Assembly: GCA_050250375.1 (NCBI GenBank)
Contig: JBFWOS010000003.1
Span: forward strand, 17,284 to 81,283
Direction: 5' to 3'
DNA: 64,000 nucleotides
Source: Candidatus Omnitrophota bacterium
GTDB lineage: Bacteria > Omnitrophota > Gorgyraeia > Zapsychrales > Zapsychraceae
The position numbers and the translations under genes were made by a program. The notes below the pieces were generated by a model, which saw nothing but the letters and a program-made list of their open reading frames with translations, searched no databases and was not told where the DNA came from. Shown piece after piece: positions 62,482 through 64,000 of this stretch. Each line of letters starts with the position of its first letter. Within the stretch, counting starts at the first letter, position 1.

Positions 62482-63918
62482 TTATACTTTTTCCGGTTGA
62501 ATGTGTATCTTCGAATGATAATACGCAAACGTCATCCCATACAGACTCCAGATCGGAATGGCTGTGTAAGGTATTTCCAAAACAATTAGAAAATTCGCCG
62601 CGACAAACCAGCTCAAAATCAATCCGCACAACAAAATCCCGGGGACTGATCTTATCCTCAGAAAGCCTTTAATCATTATAAATAAAACGGCCAGAATACT
62701 GAAAATGAAAACAATACCCACCATTCCCGCCCGGTAAATCATATGAAAAAAAGAATTATGCGCGGCCACCCAGCCATCGCGGCCCCATTCGCTCTTTCCC
62801 CAGTTTAAAATTTCAAGACTGACAGACCTTAAAGGCTTTCCGAAACTGAAACCAAAAACAGGCCGATATTTTCTTAACTCCGTAAACATGTCCCTCCAAA
62901 TGAATAATCTGAACACGGCATTATTGGCGTTTGCCTTGAATAATTCGTTTTGATTATGACCGTTAAACTCAATCACATCAACCAGCTGATCATCATTTTT
63001 CTGGTACCGATTAATGATTCCCTCTGATTTTTGCCAGTCAATACGATAATTCTTTTCCACGGGATCATTTGGGTTATAGACTCCGGGTTTAATATCGGAC
63101 AGCATGAAATCGCCCCTTTGTTCCTCAATTCTATTTTCAAATTCTTGATAAATTTTTATCAAACTTTTGTATTCAAAGATTGACCTCAGACGCTCTGTGC
63201 CAGCAAACTTGGTCATACCAAATCCGATTAAAACTAAACAAACACCCCCGATGGACAACTTAAGAACATGAGGCCACGTTAAGAAAAAATAACCCATGGC
63301 AATGATATACCCCGCAAAAATCAGATGGGCCAGTATCATCATTCTAGCGGTAACACATAAGTAAATATACGGCATAACGACCAAAAGAACTCCACCGAGG
63401 CATAACCTGACCAAGCGGTTGCGCAAACGGCTCAACAATACAGTCGCGAGAATGAACAATGACAATGTGTAATAAACATAATACTGTTTATTCAAAAAAA
63501 TTAGAAGAATGATCACAACCAAAAGTGTATTAGTCCATGCAGTAAAATATTTCTTTTGAAAAAAAGTGTACCCAAAGACAGCAAAGACAGGGTAATACAT
63601 CAATGCCGCATTTCTCAAAGCATGCGGCCCCCATTCGAGATAACCACAAAAGGCCTTAAAGAGCACAAAACAAAAATAACCGCTGATCAATAAACTCCAT
63701 TTATTAAAACCGCTTGATTGAACAAGTATTCGTAAGACGAATAAAAAAAAACAAAACATCAGTAAGAACTCACTGATAAAAACCGGAAAATTAAGAAAAG
63801 CGAATTGAAAATGCGTTTCAGCAAACGTGGAATCGAAAAGAACATACCCTATGGATACCACACCTATCGCTCCAAGGGCGCTCAGGTTTACCCAATCTGT
63901 TTTTATCTTATCAAACAT
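62482..63918 (-). CDS. Divergent O-antigen ligase/polymerase-like membrane protein
   Basis: About 11 TMs, large periplasmic loop, FRLFIW, PVFGFSFG, AAHNSFFH. Confidence 0.7.
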   Translation of the reverse strand: MFDKIKTDWVNLSALGAIGVVSIGYVLFDSTFAETHFQFAFLNFPVFISEFLLMFCFFLFVLRILVQSSGFNKWSLLISGYFCFVLFKAFCGYLEWGPHALRNAALMYYPVFAVFGYTFFQKKYFTAWTNTLLVVIILLIFLNKQYYVYYTLSLFILATVLLSRLRNRLVRLCLGGVLLVVMPYIYLCVTARMMILAHLIFAGYIIAMGYFFLTWPHVLKLSIGGVCLVLIGFGMTKFAGTERLRSIFEYKSLIKIYQEFENRIEEQRGDFMLSDIKPGVYNPNDPVEKNYRIDWQKSEGIINRYQKNDDQLVDVIEFNGHNQNELFKANANNAVFRLFIWRDMFTELRKYRPVFGFSFGKPLRSVSLEILNWGKSEWGRDGWVAAHNSFFHMIYRAGMVGIVFIFSILAVLFIMIKGFLRIRSVPGILLCGLILSWFVAANFLIVLEIPYTAIPIWSLYGMTFAYYHSKIHIQPEKV

Positions 63919-64000
63919 CCTACAAATTCTGCGGATTGATGGTCCGCCGGGAAATTTTCTTGTCTATTTTATTGTTCTTTATAATTTTATATAAACCGGG

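Noticed and set aside
62480-62629. 50-aa N-terminal extension of the LegB-like ORF (also the track starts for glgC, hisC and cvpA)
   Set aside because: These extensions overlap upstream genes or promoters; downstream ATGs fit the family N-termini and, for glgC and cvpA, an RBS.

Overview
Core chromosomal region of an AT-rich diderm bacterium. Gene content and protein style suggest Candidatus Omnitrophota (PVC group), but that is inference only. Almost all genes lie on the minus strand; the single supported exception is a GAF-GGDEF diguanylate cyclase. From the right end leftwards: (1) a surface-glycan cluster with three O-antigen-ligase-like proteins, a LegB-like dehydratase, a nucleotidyltransferase, an Rmd-like reductase, GT4, WecG/TagA, a WcaJ-like transferase, gmd and fcl; (2) pgk-tpiA-secG, an Opp/Dpp-type ABC transporter and two GT-C-like+TPR paralogs; (3) glgC-fabV; (4) a small HTH-ACP-smc operon; (5) cvpA-nif3-dnaG-rpoD; (6) tRNA-Ile(CAU), a zinc-ribbon protein, rnhA and rnpB; (7) yebC-ruvC-ruvA-scpB-pheA-hisC-aroF-tyrA-cmk-lepA-lepB-plsY; (8) dsbD and a redoxin; (9) two TMTC-like+TPR paralogs, a PfkB kinase, an unknown protein and a zinc metallopeptidase cut by the window edge. 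I saw no mobile element or CRISPR array. The ORF track missed two genes: the peptidase (1..955) and the HTH gene (36331..36498). The best candidate for an undescribed system is an SMC whose canonical hinge is replaced by a ~70-aa beta-rich segment, apparently co-transcribed with an atypical acyl carrier protein and an Xis/BldC-like HTH gene that has 10-bp-phased repeats upstream. Also notable: the RNase P RNA 5' end is encoded inside the RNase HI reading frame, and seven GT-C-type membrane glycosyltransferases occur in 64 kb. All calls come from reading motifs by eye; no searches were run.
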